DNA from: Candidatus Latescibacterota bacterium
GTDB taxonomy: Bacteria > Latescibacterota > UBA2968 > UBA8231
Direction: 5' to 3'
Length of the DNA stretch: 64,000 bases
Assembly (NCBI GenBank): GCA_965243025.1
Contig: CBDETY010000003.1
Span: forward strand, 5,600,001 to 5,664,000
Below the pieces are notes generated by a model. That model searched no databases and was not told the origin of the DNA. It saw only the letters and a program-made list of their open reading frames with translations. Below, piece after piece: positions 18,977-28,627 of this stretch (position 1 is its first letter; each line of letters starts with the position of its first letter). The position numbers and the translations under genes were made by a program.

Positions 18977-19738
18977 ATGGCGGGTATCGCGCAATCGATC
19001 TGTTTCGGCTGCTTTGCCGGCCGCGGGCTGTCCGACGAGGAGGTGATCGCCGAAGCCGCCCGCATCGGTTACCGCTCCGTCGAGATGCTCCCGGAGGACC
19101 TGTGGCCGCGGGTGCGCCGGCACGGCATGGAGATCGCCGCGGTGAGCGGCCATGCCTCCCTTCCGGACGGGCTCAACAAGAGCGGGAACCACGAACGCAT
19201 CGAGGCCGAGCTGCTCGCGAGCATCGACGCGGCCGCCGACAACGGAATCGCCTCCCTGATCTGCTTCTCCGGGAACCGCGAGGGCAAGTCGGAGGAGGAG
19301 GGTCTCGCCAACACCGCGGCCGGCCTGCAACGGGTCGCCGCCGCCGCAGAGAGGAAGGGGATCTCCCTGGTCCTCGAGCTGCTCAACAGCAAGGTCAACC
19401 ACCCCGACTACCAGTGCGACCGCACCTCCTGGGGCGTCGAGGTCTGCCGGCGCGTCGGCTCCGAGAGGGTCAGGCTGCTCTACGACATCTACCACATGCA
19501 GATCATGGAGGGGGACCTGATCCGCACGATCACCGACAACATCGGCTTCATCGCCCACTTCCACACCGCCGGCAACCCGGGCCGCAACGACCTCGACGAA
19601 GAGCAGGAGATCCTCTACCCGCCGATCATGCGGGCCATCGCCGCCACCGGGTACGGCGGCTTCGTCGGCCACGAGTTCGGTCCGAAAGGGGATGTCGCCG
19701 AGGCCATGCGGGCGGCCTTCGAGACCTGCGACGTATGA
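18977..19738 (+). CDS. Hydroxypyruvate isomerase family TIM-barrel protein
   Basis: LELLN, LYDIYHMQIMEG, HTAGNPGR, GHEF; GGAGG RBS. Confidence 0.9.
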   Translation: MAGIAQSICFGCFAGRGLSDEEVIAEAARIGYRSVEMLPEDLWPRVRRHGMEIAAVSGHASLPDGLNKSGNHERIEAELLASIDAAADNGIASLICFSGNREGKSEEEGLANTAAGLQRVAAAAERKGISLVLELLNSKVNHPDYQCDRTSWGVEVCRRVGSERVRLLYDIYHMQIMEGDLIRTITDNIGFIAHFHTAGNPGRNDLDEEQEILYPPIMRAIAATGYGGFVGHEFGPKGDVAEAMRAAFETCDV

Positions 19739-19925
19739 TGCTCCTCCGGCGCTGTCCTCGACGCGAGAGCCGGCAGCGGACCGGATCGAGTGTGCCAGCT
19801 GCCGGGAAAGGTCCCCGGCGGCGGCGGTTGCGCCCGTAGCGGGGCGGAATGCTTTCCCGCCCTGAAATCCAGCCATCATCCGTGCGGAGAAGAATGGTTC
19901 CGCAAATTACCCCGGAAAAACCAAG

Positions 19926-21029
19926 ATGACCGATCCGACCCCGTTCCTCGATTCCACCGCCGTCGCCGCCGACGGCCCCGAGCTGAGCCGGCGCATGCAG
20001 CGCGACGGCTACCTGTTCGTGCGCGGCCTGCTGCCGCCCGAACCCCTCGAAACGCTGCGGCTGAAATTCCTCGCGATCGCCCGCGACGCCGGCTGGGTGT
20101 CGCGCGGCGAGCCGCTCGCCGAGGCGGTCGCCGACCTCGACGGCTTCTGCGTCGAGCCGCAGCCGGACTACATGGGGGTCTACGCCGAGATGTACAAGCT
20201 GCAGGAGTTCCACGCCCTCCAGCACCACCCGGCCATCCTCGGCCTGCTCGAGCGCATGTGCGGAGATGGCGAACGTCCGAAGCGCGTTTCAGGGGAATCG
20301 CAACGCGATTCCCGGCAACGCGATTCCCATAGAAGACTTCGCGAAGCGAAGCCTTCCGTGATTCCGCATCCGCGCATCATCGGGCGCACCATCTTCCCGC
20401 AGCAGGAAGCCTACACCACCCCGGCGCACCAGGACTTCGTGCCGATCCAGGGGACCGCCGACACCTGGACGGCCTGGTTCCCCCTGCACGACCTGTCGCC
20501 GGAGATGGGCGGCCTCCAGGTCGCCGAAGGGTCGCATACTTCCGGGGTGTACGAGTTCCGCCCCGCCCTCGGAGCGGGTGGGCTGGAGGTGACCGACCCG
20601 CTCGAGGGGCGCTGGCGCAGCAGCCTCATGAAACAGGGGGACGTGCTGTTCTTTCACAGCCTGTGCGTGCACAAGGGCGTGTCCAACACCGGGCGCACCC
20701 TGAGGCAGTCCATCGACGCGCGCTTCCAGCGGCCCGGCGACCCGATCGAGGAGAAGAGCCTGCTGCCCCACGTCAATCCGGTGACCTGGGAGGAGATCTA
20801 CGCCGGCTGGCCGAACCGGGACTACCAGTACTACTGGAAGGAATGGGACCTGAATTTCATCGAGTACGACTACAGCTATCTCGAGGAGCGGGACCGGCTC
20901 GCCTTCGTGATGGCCGCCGACGGCGACGAGCGCGCCCGTTCCGCCCTGCAGCGCATAATCGCCCGCGACGCGGATCCGGAAAAGCGTCAGCGGGCCGAGG
21001 CGGCACTTGTATCCCTGGACGCCTCCTAG
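19926..21029 (+). CDS. PhyH family dioxygenase carrying an in-frame palindromic insertion
   Basis: RDGYLFVRGLL, PAHQD, HKG; foreign segment at about 20265-20357. Confidence 0.88.
   Translation: MTDPTPFLDSTAVAADGPELSRRMQRDGYLFVRGLLPPEPLETLRLKFLAIARDAGWVSRGEPLAEAVADLDGFCVEPQPDYMGVYAEMYKLQEFHALQHHPAILGLLERMCGDGERPKRVSGESQRDSRQRDSHRRLREAKPSVIPHPRIIGRTIFPQQEAYTTPAHQDFVPIQGTADTWTAWFPLHDLSPEMGGLQVAEGSHTSGVYEFRPALGAGGLEVTDPLEGRWRSSLMKQGDVLFFHSLCVHKGVSNTGRTLRQSIDARFQRPGDPIEEKSLLPHVNPVTWEEIYAGWPNRDYQYYWKEWDLNFIEYDYSYLEERDRLAFVMAADGDERARSALQRIIARDADPEKRQRAEAALVSLDAS
20265..20357. repeat. Palindromic element (two hairpins plus 14-bp duplication) inside CDS
   Basis: GGGAATCGC-AAC-GCGATTCCC 20293-20313; GCAACGCGATTCCC repeated at 20300 and 20315; CTTCGC-GAA-GCGAAG 20337-20351. 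Confidence 0.75.
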
Positions 21030-21073
21030 CCTTTTCGGGCGGTTATCCGTCGAGATTGCAAGGAGGGACGGAT

Positions 21074-21376
21074 ATGAGCCCTGAAGCTGTAGCCATAGCC
21101 GGTGTCGGCGTCACCCTGCTGGCGGTCATGGTACCGCTGCAGCTGTCCGTAGCGCGGCGAATCGATCGCGTGGAGGATCGCCGTAACGAACGCATGGACC
21201 GTATGGACGGCCGTATGGACCGTATGGACGGCCGGATGGAGCGCCTCGAGGCACGGATCGAGGAACTGGCGCGCGACCTGCGCGCCATGGCTGAGCGGGT
21301 TGCCCGTATCGAGGGCGCGGTGTGCGGACCCTGGCGGCCCCCCGAGCCGGACCCGCCCCAGGGGAATCCGGCATGA
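21074..21376 (+). CDS. TM-anchored coiled-coil small protein, array copy 1 (100 aa)
   Basis: AAGGAGG RBS; MSPEAVAIAGVGVTLL...ARIEGAVCGPWRPPEPDPPQGNPA. Confidence 0.8.
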   Translation: MSPEAVAIAGVGVTLLAVMVPLQLSVARRIDRVEDRRNERMDRMDGRMDRMDGRMERLEARIEELARDLRAMAERVARIEGAVCGPWRPPEPDPPQGNPA

Positions 21377-21645
21377 GCCCCGAAGCTGTAGCCATAGTCG
21401 GTGTCGGCGTCACCCTGCTGGCCGTGCTGGTGCCCCTGCAGCTGTCGATAGGTCGGCGCATCGACCGGCGGATCGATCGTCTGGAGGACCGTCTGAACGG
21501 CCGCATGGACCGCCTCGAGAGCAGGATCGAGGAGCTGGCGCGGGATCTGGGCGCCCTTGCCGAGCGGGTGGCCCGCATCGAAGGCGCGGTGTGCGGGCCC
21601 TGGCGGCCCCCCGAACCGGACCCGTCGCAGGGGAACCCGGCATGA
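21373..21645 (+). CDS. TM-anchored coiled-coil small protein, array copy 2 (90 aa)
   Basis: ATGA overlap; close paralog of copy 1. Confidence 0.8.
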   Translation: MSPEAVAIVGVGVTLLAVLVPLQLSIGRRIDRRIDRLEDRLNGRMDRLESRIEELARDLGALAERVARIEGAVCGPWRPPEPDPSQGNPA

Positions 21646-22043
21646 CCCCTGAAACCCTGACCGTAGTCGGGTGCAGTGTCGCCATCCTGGCCGTCATGGT
21701 TACGCTGCACGTTCGCCTTACGGCCGACGTGGCCGAACTGCGGCGCGAGTTGCGCGGCGAGGTGGCCGGAGTGCGCGGCGAGGTGGCCGGAGTGCGCGGC
21801 GAGGTGGCCGGAGTGCGGAGCGAGTTGCGCGGCGATATGGCCGAACTGCGGACCGAGTTGCGCGGCGATATGGCCGAACTGCGGACCGAGTTGCGCGGCG
21901 ACCTGGCGGAAGTGCGCGGGGACCTGGCGGCCTTGAGCCGGGACGTAGCCAGTCAGGGCGAGCGGCTCGCGCGCATCGAAGGGGCCGTGTTGGGACCGTG
22001 GCGCCCCCCGGAACCGGACCCCGCAGGAGAGAAACCTGCGTGA
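21642..22043 (+). CDS. TM-anchored coiled-coil small protein, array copy 3 (133 aa)
   Basis: ATGA overlap; same C-terminal motif; internal tandem repeats. Confidence 0.8.
   Translation: MTPETLTVVGCSVAILAVMVTLHVRLTADVAELRRELRGEVAGVRGEVAGVRGEVAGVRSELRGDMAELRTELRGDMAELRTELRGDLAEVRGDLAALSRDVASQGERLARIEGAVLGPWRPPEPDPAGEKPA
21751..21919 (+). repeat. Coding tandem repeats: 3x21 nt, then 2x33 nt plus a degenerate third
   Basis: TGCGCGGCGAGGTGGCCGGAG x3 (21751-21813); CGAGTTGCGCGGCGATATGGCCGAACTGCGGAC x2 (21821-21886). Confidence 0.92.
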
Positions 22044-22089
22044 GCGGCTGCGGCTTTCTCCGGGGTGGCGGCAGGCAGGAGCGAAACAA

Positions 22090-22815
22090 ATGAAACTCGA
22101 AGGCAAGGTGGTTCTGATAACGGGAGGCGGCTCCGGCGCCGGCGCCGGGATCGCCGAGGTATGCGCCCGCGAAGGGGCCCGGGTGGTGATCACCGGGCGC
22201 ACCCCGGAGAAGCTCGAGGCGGTCTGCGCGGAGATCGGCCGGGGCTGCGCCGGCTTCGCCGCCGACGTGGTGGACCGGGAGCGCGTCGCCGAGCTCGTCG
22301 ACCGGGTGGTGTCGCAATGGGGCCGGGTCGACGTGCTCGTCAACAACGCCGGCGTCAACGTGACCGAGCGCAAGCTCGCGGAAATGACCCTCGACAGCTG
22401 GGATTTCGTCCTCGACACCAACGCCACCGGGGCCTACAACCTCGTGCACGCGGTGCTGCCCCACATGCGCGCCCGCGGCGAGGGGCACATCGTCAGCATC
22501 TGCTCGACGGCCGGCACCTACGCCAGCCCGATCGCCGGCATGGCCTACAGCGCCTCGAAGCACGCCATGGCGGTGATGACCAAGTTCATCGACTACGAGG
22601 AGACCGCCAACGGGGTCCGGGCCACGGTCATCTCCCCCGGGGAGATCAACACCCCCATCCTCGACACGCGGCGGGTCAAGGTCAGCGACGAGCACAAGGC
22701 CCGCATCCTGCAGCCCAGGGACATCGGCGAGGCCGTCCTCTACGCGGTGACCCAGCCCCCCAACGTCTGCGTCACCGAGATGGTCATCAAGCCCCGCGGA
22801 CAGGGTCTTATATAG
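22090..22815 (+). CDS. SDR family oxidoreductase
   Basis: TGGGSGAG, NNAG, YSASK. Confidence 0.92.
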   Translation: MKLEGKVVLITGGGSGAGAGIAEVCAREGARVVITGRTPEKLEAVCAEIGRGCAGFAADVVDRERVAELVDRVVSQWGRVDVLVNNAGVNVTERKLAEMTLDSWDFVLDTNATGAYNLVHAVLPHMRARGEGHIVSICSTAGTYASPIAGMAYSASKHAMAVMTKFIDYEETANGVRATVISPGEINTPILDTRRVKVSDEHKARILQPRDIGEAVLYAVTQPPNVCVTEMVIKPRGQGLI

Positions 22816-22900
22816 TGCCTGTGCGCGTAATTGAGCGTACGAACGAGGGCGACCGAATTCACGCGGAATTGCGCAGACAGGCACTCACCCGGAAAACCGG

Positions 22901-23422
22901 ATGAAGCAGCTCCGCGGCAAGCCGCTGCGCGACTTTCTCCGCCGCACCCGCCGCCCCGGCGTCGAGCTGGCATTCCTCCTTCAGGACATCGAGGACCCGG
23001 TCAACGTCGGCTCCGCCTTCCGCATCGCCGACGCCTGCGGGGTCGCCGAGATGATCCTCACCGGGATCAGCGCCCGTCCGCCGCACCCGCTGATCGCCAA
23101 GGTCGGCCGCGGCCGCGACCGCCGGGTTCCCTGGCGCTGCGTCGAAACCGCGGCCGAGGCCATCGCCCCGTACCGCGACGACGGCTGGGAAGTCTGCGCC
23201 CTCGAGATCACCGCCGAGTCGGAACCCTACTGCGAGACCGGGTACGGCGACCGCGTGCTGCTGGTCGCCGGTCACGAGGACCACGGGGTCACCAACCGCA
23301 CCCTGGCCGCCTGCGACCGCGCCGTCTACATCCCGATGTACGGGAAGGGCTCCTCCCTCAACGTCGGCGTCTCCCTGGCGATCGCCGCCTCCCACATCCT
23401 GCACGGCGGCGGCCGGCGATGA
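22901..23422 (+). CDS. TrmH/SpoU family RNA methyltransferase
   Basis: DPVNVGSAFRIADA, GHEDHG, IPMYGKGSSLNV. Confidence 0.9.
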   Translation: MKQLRGKPLRDFLRRTRRPGVELAFLLQDIEDPVNVGSAFRIADACGVAEMILTGISARPPHPLIAKVGRGRDRRVPWRCVETAAEAIAPYRDDGWEVCALEITAESEPYCETGYGDRVLLVAGHEDHGVTNRTLAACDRAVYIPMYGKGSSLNVGVSLAIAASHILHGGGRR

Positions 23423-26400
23423 CCGCGGCCGAGGGAGGCCCGGGACCGCGCAACGGTTCCTCCGAAACGGCCGCACCGGCCTCCACCGACGGGCTCGAGC
23501 TGTTCCACCCGCTGGTGGCGGGCTGGTTCCGCGAGCGTCTCGGCGCGCCGACCGACGTCCAGCAGCGGTCCTGGCCGCGCATCGCCGCCGGCGAGCATCT
23601 GCTGATCACGGCGCCGACCGGCAGCGGCAAGACCGTGACCGCATTCCTGTGGGCCCTCGACCGCCTGGTCCGCGGCGAGTGGCAGACCGGGGCCACCCGC
23701 GTCCTCTACGTGTCGCCTCTCAAAGCGCTCAACAACGACATCCGCCGCAACCTGCTGCGCCCGCTCGGCGAGCTGCGCGAGACCTTCGCCGCGGCCGCGG
23801 CCCCGTTTCCCGGGATCCGGGTGCAGACCCGCAGCGGCGACACCCCGCAGCACGAGCGCCGCGCCATGCTGCGCCGGCCCCCCGAGATCCTGATCACCAC
23901 CCCGGAGAGCCTCAACCTGCTGCTGAGCTCGCGGGGCGGGCTCGGCCTGATCGGCAACGTCGCCACCGTCATCCTCGACGAGGTGCACTCCGTGGTCGGC
24001 AACAAGCGGGGGGTGCACGCGATCACCGCGGTCGAGCGGCTGGTGCCGCTGTGCGGGGAGTTCCAGCGCATCGCCCTGTCGGCGACGGTGAAGCCGCTGG
24101 ATACGGTGGCGGAGTTCGTCGGCGGTCTGCGCGCCGAAGGAGAGGCAGAAGGGGAGCCGCGGCTGCGGCCGCGCCCCGTCGGCATCGTGCAGTCGACCGA
24201 TGTCAAGCAGTACGACGTCCGCGTCCGCTTCCCGCGCACCGCCGCCGACCAGCAGGGGGCGGACGCGGAGTCGGTGTGGCCGCCGCTGGTCGAGGAGTTC
24301 TCACGCATCGTCGCCGGCAACCGGTCGACCCTGCTGTTCACCAACAACCGCCGCCTGTGCGAGAAGCTGACCCTGCTGATCAACGGCGGCGGCGAGCGCC
24401 CCCTCGCATACGCCCACCACGGCTCCCTGTCGCGGGAGATCCGCGAGACCGTCGAGGGCAAGCTCAAGGACGGGGAGCTGCGGGCGATCGTCGCCACCGC
24501 CTCGCTCGAGCTCGGGATCGACATCGGCGCCCTCGACGAAGTCGTCCTCGTGCAGTCCCCCCACTCGATCGCCTCGGGGATCCAGCGCATCGGCCGCGCC
24601 GGCCACGACGTCGGCGAGGTCAGCCGCGGCACCCTTTTCCCGACCTACTCCTCCGACTTCATAGAGTCCGCGGTGATGGCCGCCGGAGTGCTGAACGGGG
24701 ATATCGAGGAGGCGCGGCCGGTCGAGGCCCCCCTCGACGTGCTCGCCCAGGTCGTGGTTTCGATGGCCGCCCTCGAGCCCCGTGACCTCGACGAGATATA
24801 CCGGGTGGTGCGCTCTTCGTATCCGTACCGGAACCTCGGCCGCGGGCAGTTCGCTCTCGTCGTCGACATGCTGGCGGGCCGCTACGCCCACACCCGCATC
24901 CGGGAGCTGCAGCCGAAGCTCTCCGTCGACCGCCTCGACAACACCGCGGCCGCCCGCAGGGGGGCGGTGCAGGATCTCTACTTCTCGGGGGGGACCATCC
25001 CCGACCGCGGCTACTTCCACCTGCGCGTCGAGGAGTCGAACGCCCGCATCGGCGAGCTCGACGAGGAGTTCGTGTGGGAGTGCTCCGAGGGGCAGACCTT
25101 CACGATGGGCTCGCAGAGCTGGACGATCCGGCGCATCACCCACAACGACGTGTTCGTGACCCCGTCGCCGCCGAAGGCGGCCGACCTGCCGTTCTGGAAG
25201 GCGGACGGCGGCGGCCGCGAGTTCCACTTCTCCGAGCGCATAGGGGAGTTCCTCGAGGCCGCCGACGGTCGCCTCGACGACCCGCGCTTCCGGCAGCGGC
25301 TGCAGCGGGACCACGCCATGGACGAAACCGCGGCGGACCAGCTGCTCGACCTGCTGCGGCGGCAGAGGAAGGAGACCCGCTGCCCTCTGCCGCACCGGCG
25401 CCACGTCGTCGTCGAGTACGCCGGCTCCGCCCCGCTCGGACACGAGGGGAACCAGGTGGTGCTCCACACCTTCTGGGGGGAGCGCGTCAACCGGCCGTTC
25501 GCCCTCGCTCTCGACGCCGCATGGGAGGAGAGGTTCGGCCAGCGGCTGGAGATCTACCCTGCCAACGACTGCATCGCCATGATGCTGCCGCACGAGATCG
25601 AGGCGGAGGAGCTGCTCTCCCTGGTGCCGCCGGTCCGGCTCGAGGACCACCTGCGCCGGCGCCTGGAAAGTTCCGGCTACTTCGGGGCGCGCTTCCGGGA
25701 GTGCTGCGGCCGCGCCCTGCTTCTCGGGCGAAGGCGCATGAACGAGCGCCTGCCGCTGTGGCTGACGCGGCTGCGTTCCCAGAAGCTGCTCGACGCGGTG
25801 CGGCGCTTCGACGACTTCCCGCTCCTGATCGAGGCCTGGCGCTCCTGTCTCCAGGACGAGTTCGACATGCCGGCCCTGCAGCAGCTGCTGACCGAGCTGG
25901 AGTCCGGCGGCATCTCCTGGTCGGCGGCCCATACCGAACAGCCGAGCAGCTTCGCCCGGGCCATCTCCTGGCGGCAGGTCGACAACTACATGTACCGGGG
26001 GGACGAGCCGGCCGCGTCCGAGCCGTCGCGGCTGCGCGGCGACCTGCTGCGCGAGGTCCTGTTCAGCCCCGACCTGCGCCCGGCGGTGCCGGCCGCGGTG
26101 GTGCGCGGCTTCGTCGAGAAGCGGCAGCGCCTCGCTCCCGGGTACGCCCCCCGGAGCGCCCGCGAGCTCGTCGACTGGGTGGTGGAGCGCCTGCTGATCC
26201 CGGAGGGGGAGTGGGAGGAGCTGCTCGCCGCCATCGACCGCGACAGGGGGATCGACCCGGATTCCGGAGAGGCCGCCGCCGACCTGGTCGCCGCCGCCGG
26301 GGACCGCCTGGTGCGCGTCGATGCCGGGGGCGCCGTGCTGGTAGCGGCCCGCGAGCAGCTGCCCTGGCTCGGCAGGGCCTGGAGCAGGCTGCCCGGAAGC

Positions 26401-27993
26401 GGCAGCCGCGTCGAGGTCCTCGCCGACGGCAGTGCCGCCGCCGTTCCGGTTGAAGCGGGTGGGGCGGACGGGGAGGATGAGGCCGAAGGCGGCGGCCCGG
26501 CCGGACTGATCGGGCGCTGGCTCCAGTTCTACGGCCCCTTGTCTGCCGCGGAGATCGAGGAGATGCTCGGCATCGAACCCGCCCTGCTGCGGCAGGCTCT
26601 CGACGACCTCGTCGACTCGGAGGCCGCGGTCCGGGGGCTGCTGGTCGCCGGGGCCGGGACGGAGACCTGGTGCGACGCCGAGAACCTCGAAATCCTGCTG
26701 CGCCTGGCGCGCGCCGGGGCGGTGCCGGCCTTTCGGCCGCTGCCGCTTTCGCGGCTGCCGCTCTTTCTCGCCGACTGGCAGGGACTGACCGACGCCGGGG
26801 GGGGTGCCGGGGACCTGCCGCGGCGGCTCGAGCAGCTGCTCTGCTACGAGGCCCCGGCCGCGGCCTGGGAGGGGGAGTTCCTTCCCGCCCGCCTGCCCGG
26901 GTACTCGGGCTCCTGGATCGACGCCTGCATGCAGGAGAGCTCCCTGCGCTGGGTCGGCCGCCGCAGCGAGAGGATCGCCCTCTGTTTCGACGCCGACCTC
27001 GATCTGCTCCGGGGCCCGGACGGGTCCGTTGAAGAAGGGGACGGCGAGCCTGCCGCGGAGGATGCGGCCGCGGCGGCCGGGCTGTTTCCCGACCCGGCGG
27101 GGCGCTACGACTTCGCCACCCTGCTGCGCCTGACCGGGATCTCCGCCTCCGAGCTGTCGCGTCGGCTCTGGTCCGGGGCCTGGGCGGGCAGGGTCACCAA
27201 CGACAGCTTCGGCGCCCTGCGCAAGGGGATCGAGACGCGCTTCGAGGTCCCGGAAACGGGGCCGACGGCCGGGCGCCGCCCCGGGGCCGGGGGGCGCGGG
27301 GGTTTTTCCCGCTGGAAGGGGTCGCTGCCGTTCGCCGGCAACTGGCTCCTGCTGCCGGAGGCGGAGCCGGCCGCCGACCCCCTGGAAAGCGAGGAGCGCT
27401 GCAAGGAGCGCGTGCGCCTGCTGCTCGACCGCTACGGCCTGCTGTTCCGCGAGCTGCTGCAGCGGGAATCCGCTCCCTTCCGCTGGCCCGCCCTGTTCCG
27501 CTCGCTGCGCCTGATGGAGCTGTCGGGCGAAATCCTTTCCGGCTGCTTCTTCGAGGGCATCCCGGGGCCGCAGTTCATATCGCACCGGGCCTTCCGCAGG
27601 CTGCAGCGGGACCTGCCGGAGAAGCAGGTCTTCTGGATCAACGCCGCCGATCCGGCCTCACCCTGCGGCCTGCCGCTCGAGGAGCTGCGCGCCTCCCTGC
27701 CGAGACGCGTCGCCGGCACCCACCTCGTCTACCACGGCCCCGACCTCGTCGTCGTCTCCGCGCGCCGCGGGAAGGCGCTGACCTTCCGGGTGGATGCGGA
27801 CAGCGGCGACCTGCCGCGCTACTTCGGCTTTCTCCACCATCTGCTGACGGCGCCGTTCCGCTCGTCGCGGCGCGTGGTGGTCGAAACCATCGACGGAAGT
27901 CCGGCGTCGGGAAGTCCCTACCTCGACGCCCTGCGCACCTGCTTCGAGGTCCTGCCCGACTACAACGAGGTGGTGATCATGGGCGGCAGGTAG
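23419..27993 (+). CDS. lhr: Lhr-family ATP-dependent helicase, long form (1524 aa)
   Basis: APTGSGKT, SPLKALNND, DEVH, SLELGID, QRIGRAGH; C-terminal LLDRYG/INAADPA region. Confidence 0.92.
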   Translation: MTAAEGGPGPRNGSSETAAPASTDGLELFHPLVAGWFRERLGAPTDVQQRSWPRIAAGEHLLITAPTGSGKTVTAFLWALDRLVRGEWQTGATRVLYVSPLKALNNDIRRNLLRPLGELRETFAAAAAPFPGIRVQTRSGDTPQHERRAMLRRPPEILITTPESLNLLLSSRGGLGLIGNVATVILDEVHSVVGNKRGVHAITAVERLVPLCGEFQRIALSATVKPLDTVAEFVGGLRAEGEAEGEPRLRPRPVGIVQSTDVKQYDVRVRFPRTAADQQGADAESVWPPLVEEFSRIVAGNRSTLLFTNNRRLCEKLTLLINGGGERPLAYAHHGSLSREIRETVEGKLKDGELRAIVATASLELGIDIGALDEVVLVQSPHSIASGIQRIGRAGHDVGEVSRGTLFPTYSSDFIESAVMAAGVLNGDIEEARPVEAPLDVLAQVVVSMAALEPRDLDEIYRVVRSSYPYRNLGRGQFALVVDMLAGRYAHTRIRELQPKLSVDRLDNTAAARRGAVQDLYFSGGTIPDRGYFHLRVEESNARIGELDEEFVWECSEGQTFTMGSQSWTIRRITHNDVFVTPSPPKAADLPFWKADGGGREFHFSERIGEFLEAADGRLDDPRFRQRLQRDHAMDETAADQLLDLLRRQRKETRCPLPHRRHVVVEYAGSAPLGHEGNQVVLHTFWGERVNRPFALALDAAWEERFGQRLEIYPANDCIAMMLPHEIEAEELLSLVPPVRLEDHLRRRLESSGYFGARFRECCGRALLLGRRRMNERLPLWLTRLRSQKLLDAVRRFDDFPLLIEAWRSCLQDEFDMPALQQLLTELESGGISWSAAHTEQPSSFARAISWRQVDNYMYRGDEPAASEPSRLRGDLLREVLFSPDLRPAVPAAVVRGFVEKRQRLAPGYAPRSARELVDWVVERLLIPEGEWEELLAAIDRDRGIDPDSGEAAADLVAAAGDRLVRVDAGGAVLVAAREQLPWLGRAWSRLPGSGSRVEVLADGSAAAVPVEAGGADGEDEAEGGGPAGLIGRWLQFYGPLSAAEIEEMLGIEPALLRQALDDLVDSEAAVRGLLVAGAGTETWCDAENLEILLRLARAGAVPAFRPLPLSRLPLFLADWQGLTDAGGGAGDLPRRLEQLLCYEAPAAAWEGEFLPARLPGYSGSWIDACMQESSLRWVGRRSERIALCFDADLDLLRGPDGSVEEGDGEPAAEDAAAAAGLFPDPAGRYDFATLLRLTGISASELSRRLWSGAWAGRVTNDSFGALRKGIETRFEVPETGPTAGRRPGAGGRGGFSRWKGSLPFAGNWLLLPEAEPAADPLESEERCKERVRLLLDRYGLLFRELLQRESAPFRWPALFRSLRLMELSGEILSGCFFEGIPGPQFISHRAFRRLQRDLPEKQVFWINAADPASPCGLPLEELRASLPRRVAGTHLVYHGPDLVVVSARRGKALTFRVDADSGDLPRYFGFLHHLLTAPFRSSRRVVVETIDGSPASGSPYLDALRTCFEVLPDYNEVVIMGGR

Positions 27994-28144
27994 CGGGAAC
28001 GGCCGCCCGTGGGAGGCCGTTCCGGCAGGCAGAAGGGCCGGGCGGCTCGGCACGCGCTTCCGGTTGGATCGAGGGAACCGGGAAGCTACGTTATGGGCGG
28101 ATGGTGACGCAGCGCGATTCGCCCTTTATCGAAAGGATGGAGCC

Positions 28145-28612
28145 ATGACCGACCAGGTGACGGCAGAGGACATTCTGGCAGTGAAGGGAGGGGACCTCCT
28201 CAGCGTTCAGGAGGACGCGACCATCGGGGAAGCGCTCGAGGTCATGGTCGGCGGCAAGGTGGGATCCATTCTGGTCAGGGAGGGCAGCCGCATAGTCGGC
28301 ATCTACACCGAACGGGATCTCATGCGCAACTCCATCGACACCGGTTTCGACCCGAGGAGGGAGCGCATCGGGGATCACATGACCCGCGGCCTCAAGTTCG
28401 CCCCCCACACCGACACCGCCTACGAGCTGATGGACAAGTTCCTCGGCCTGCGCATCAGGCACCTCCTGATCGACAAGCACGACCGGTTCATCGGCATGCT
28501 TTCGGTCGGAGACGTCATCAAGGCCGCCCTGCAGGCGCGCACCGACGAGCTGGAGGAGCTCGAGGCGATCGCCAAGTGGGAGTACTACGAGGAGTGGAAG
28601 CCCCGCCGCTGA
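28145..28612 (+). CDS. CBS domain protein
   Basis: VGIYTERD, IRHL, GMLSVGD tandem CBS motifs. Confidence 0.9.
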   Translation: MTDQVTAEDILAVKGGDLLSVQEDATIGEALEVMVGGKVGSILVREGSRIVGIYTERDLMRNSIDTGFDPRRERIGDHMTRGLKFAPHTDTAYELMDKFLGLRIRHLLIDKHDRFIGMLSVGDVIKAALQARTDELEELEAIAKWEYYEEWKPRR

Positions 28613-28627
28613 GGCCGGGGCAGCGCC

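Noticed and set aside
19724-19738. CDV-TGA ending of the Hyi-family gene as a second CxxU selenoprotein
   Set aside because: The domain is complete at this point, the downstream frame is not protein-like and no SECIS-like hairpin is evident.
21074-22043. CRISPR array
   Set aside because: Repeats are coding, in multiples of 3 and lack unique spacers; no cas genes. The 5722 and 31790 repeats also lack array structure.
22831-23418. N-terminal extension making Lhr 1720 aa
   Set aside because: Overlaps the TrmH gene in another frame; the ATGA-coupled start at 23419 is more plausible.
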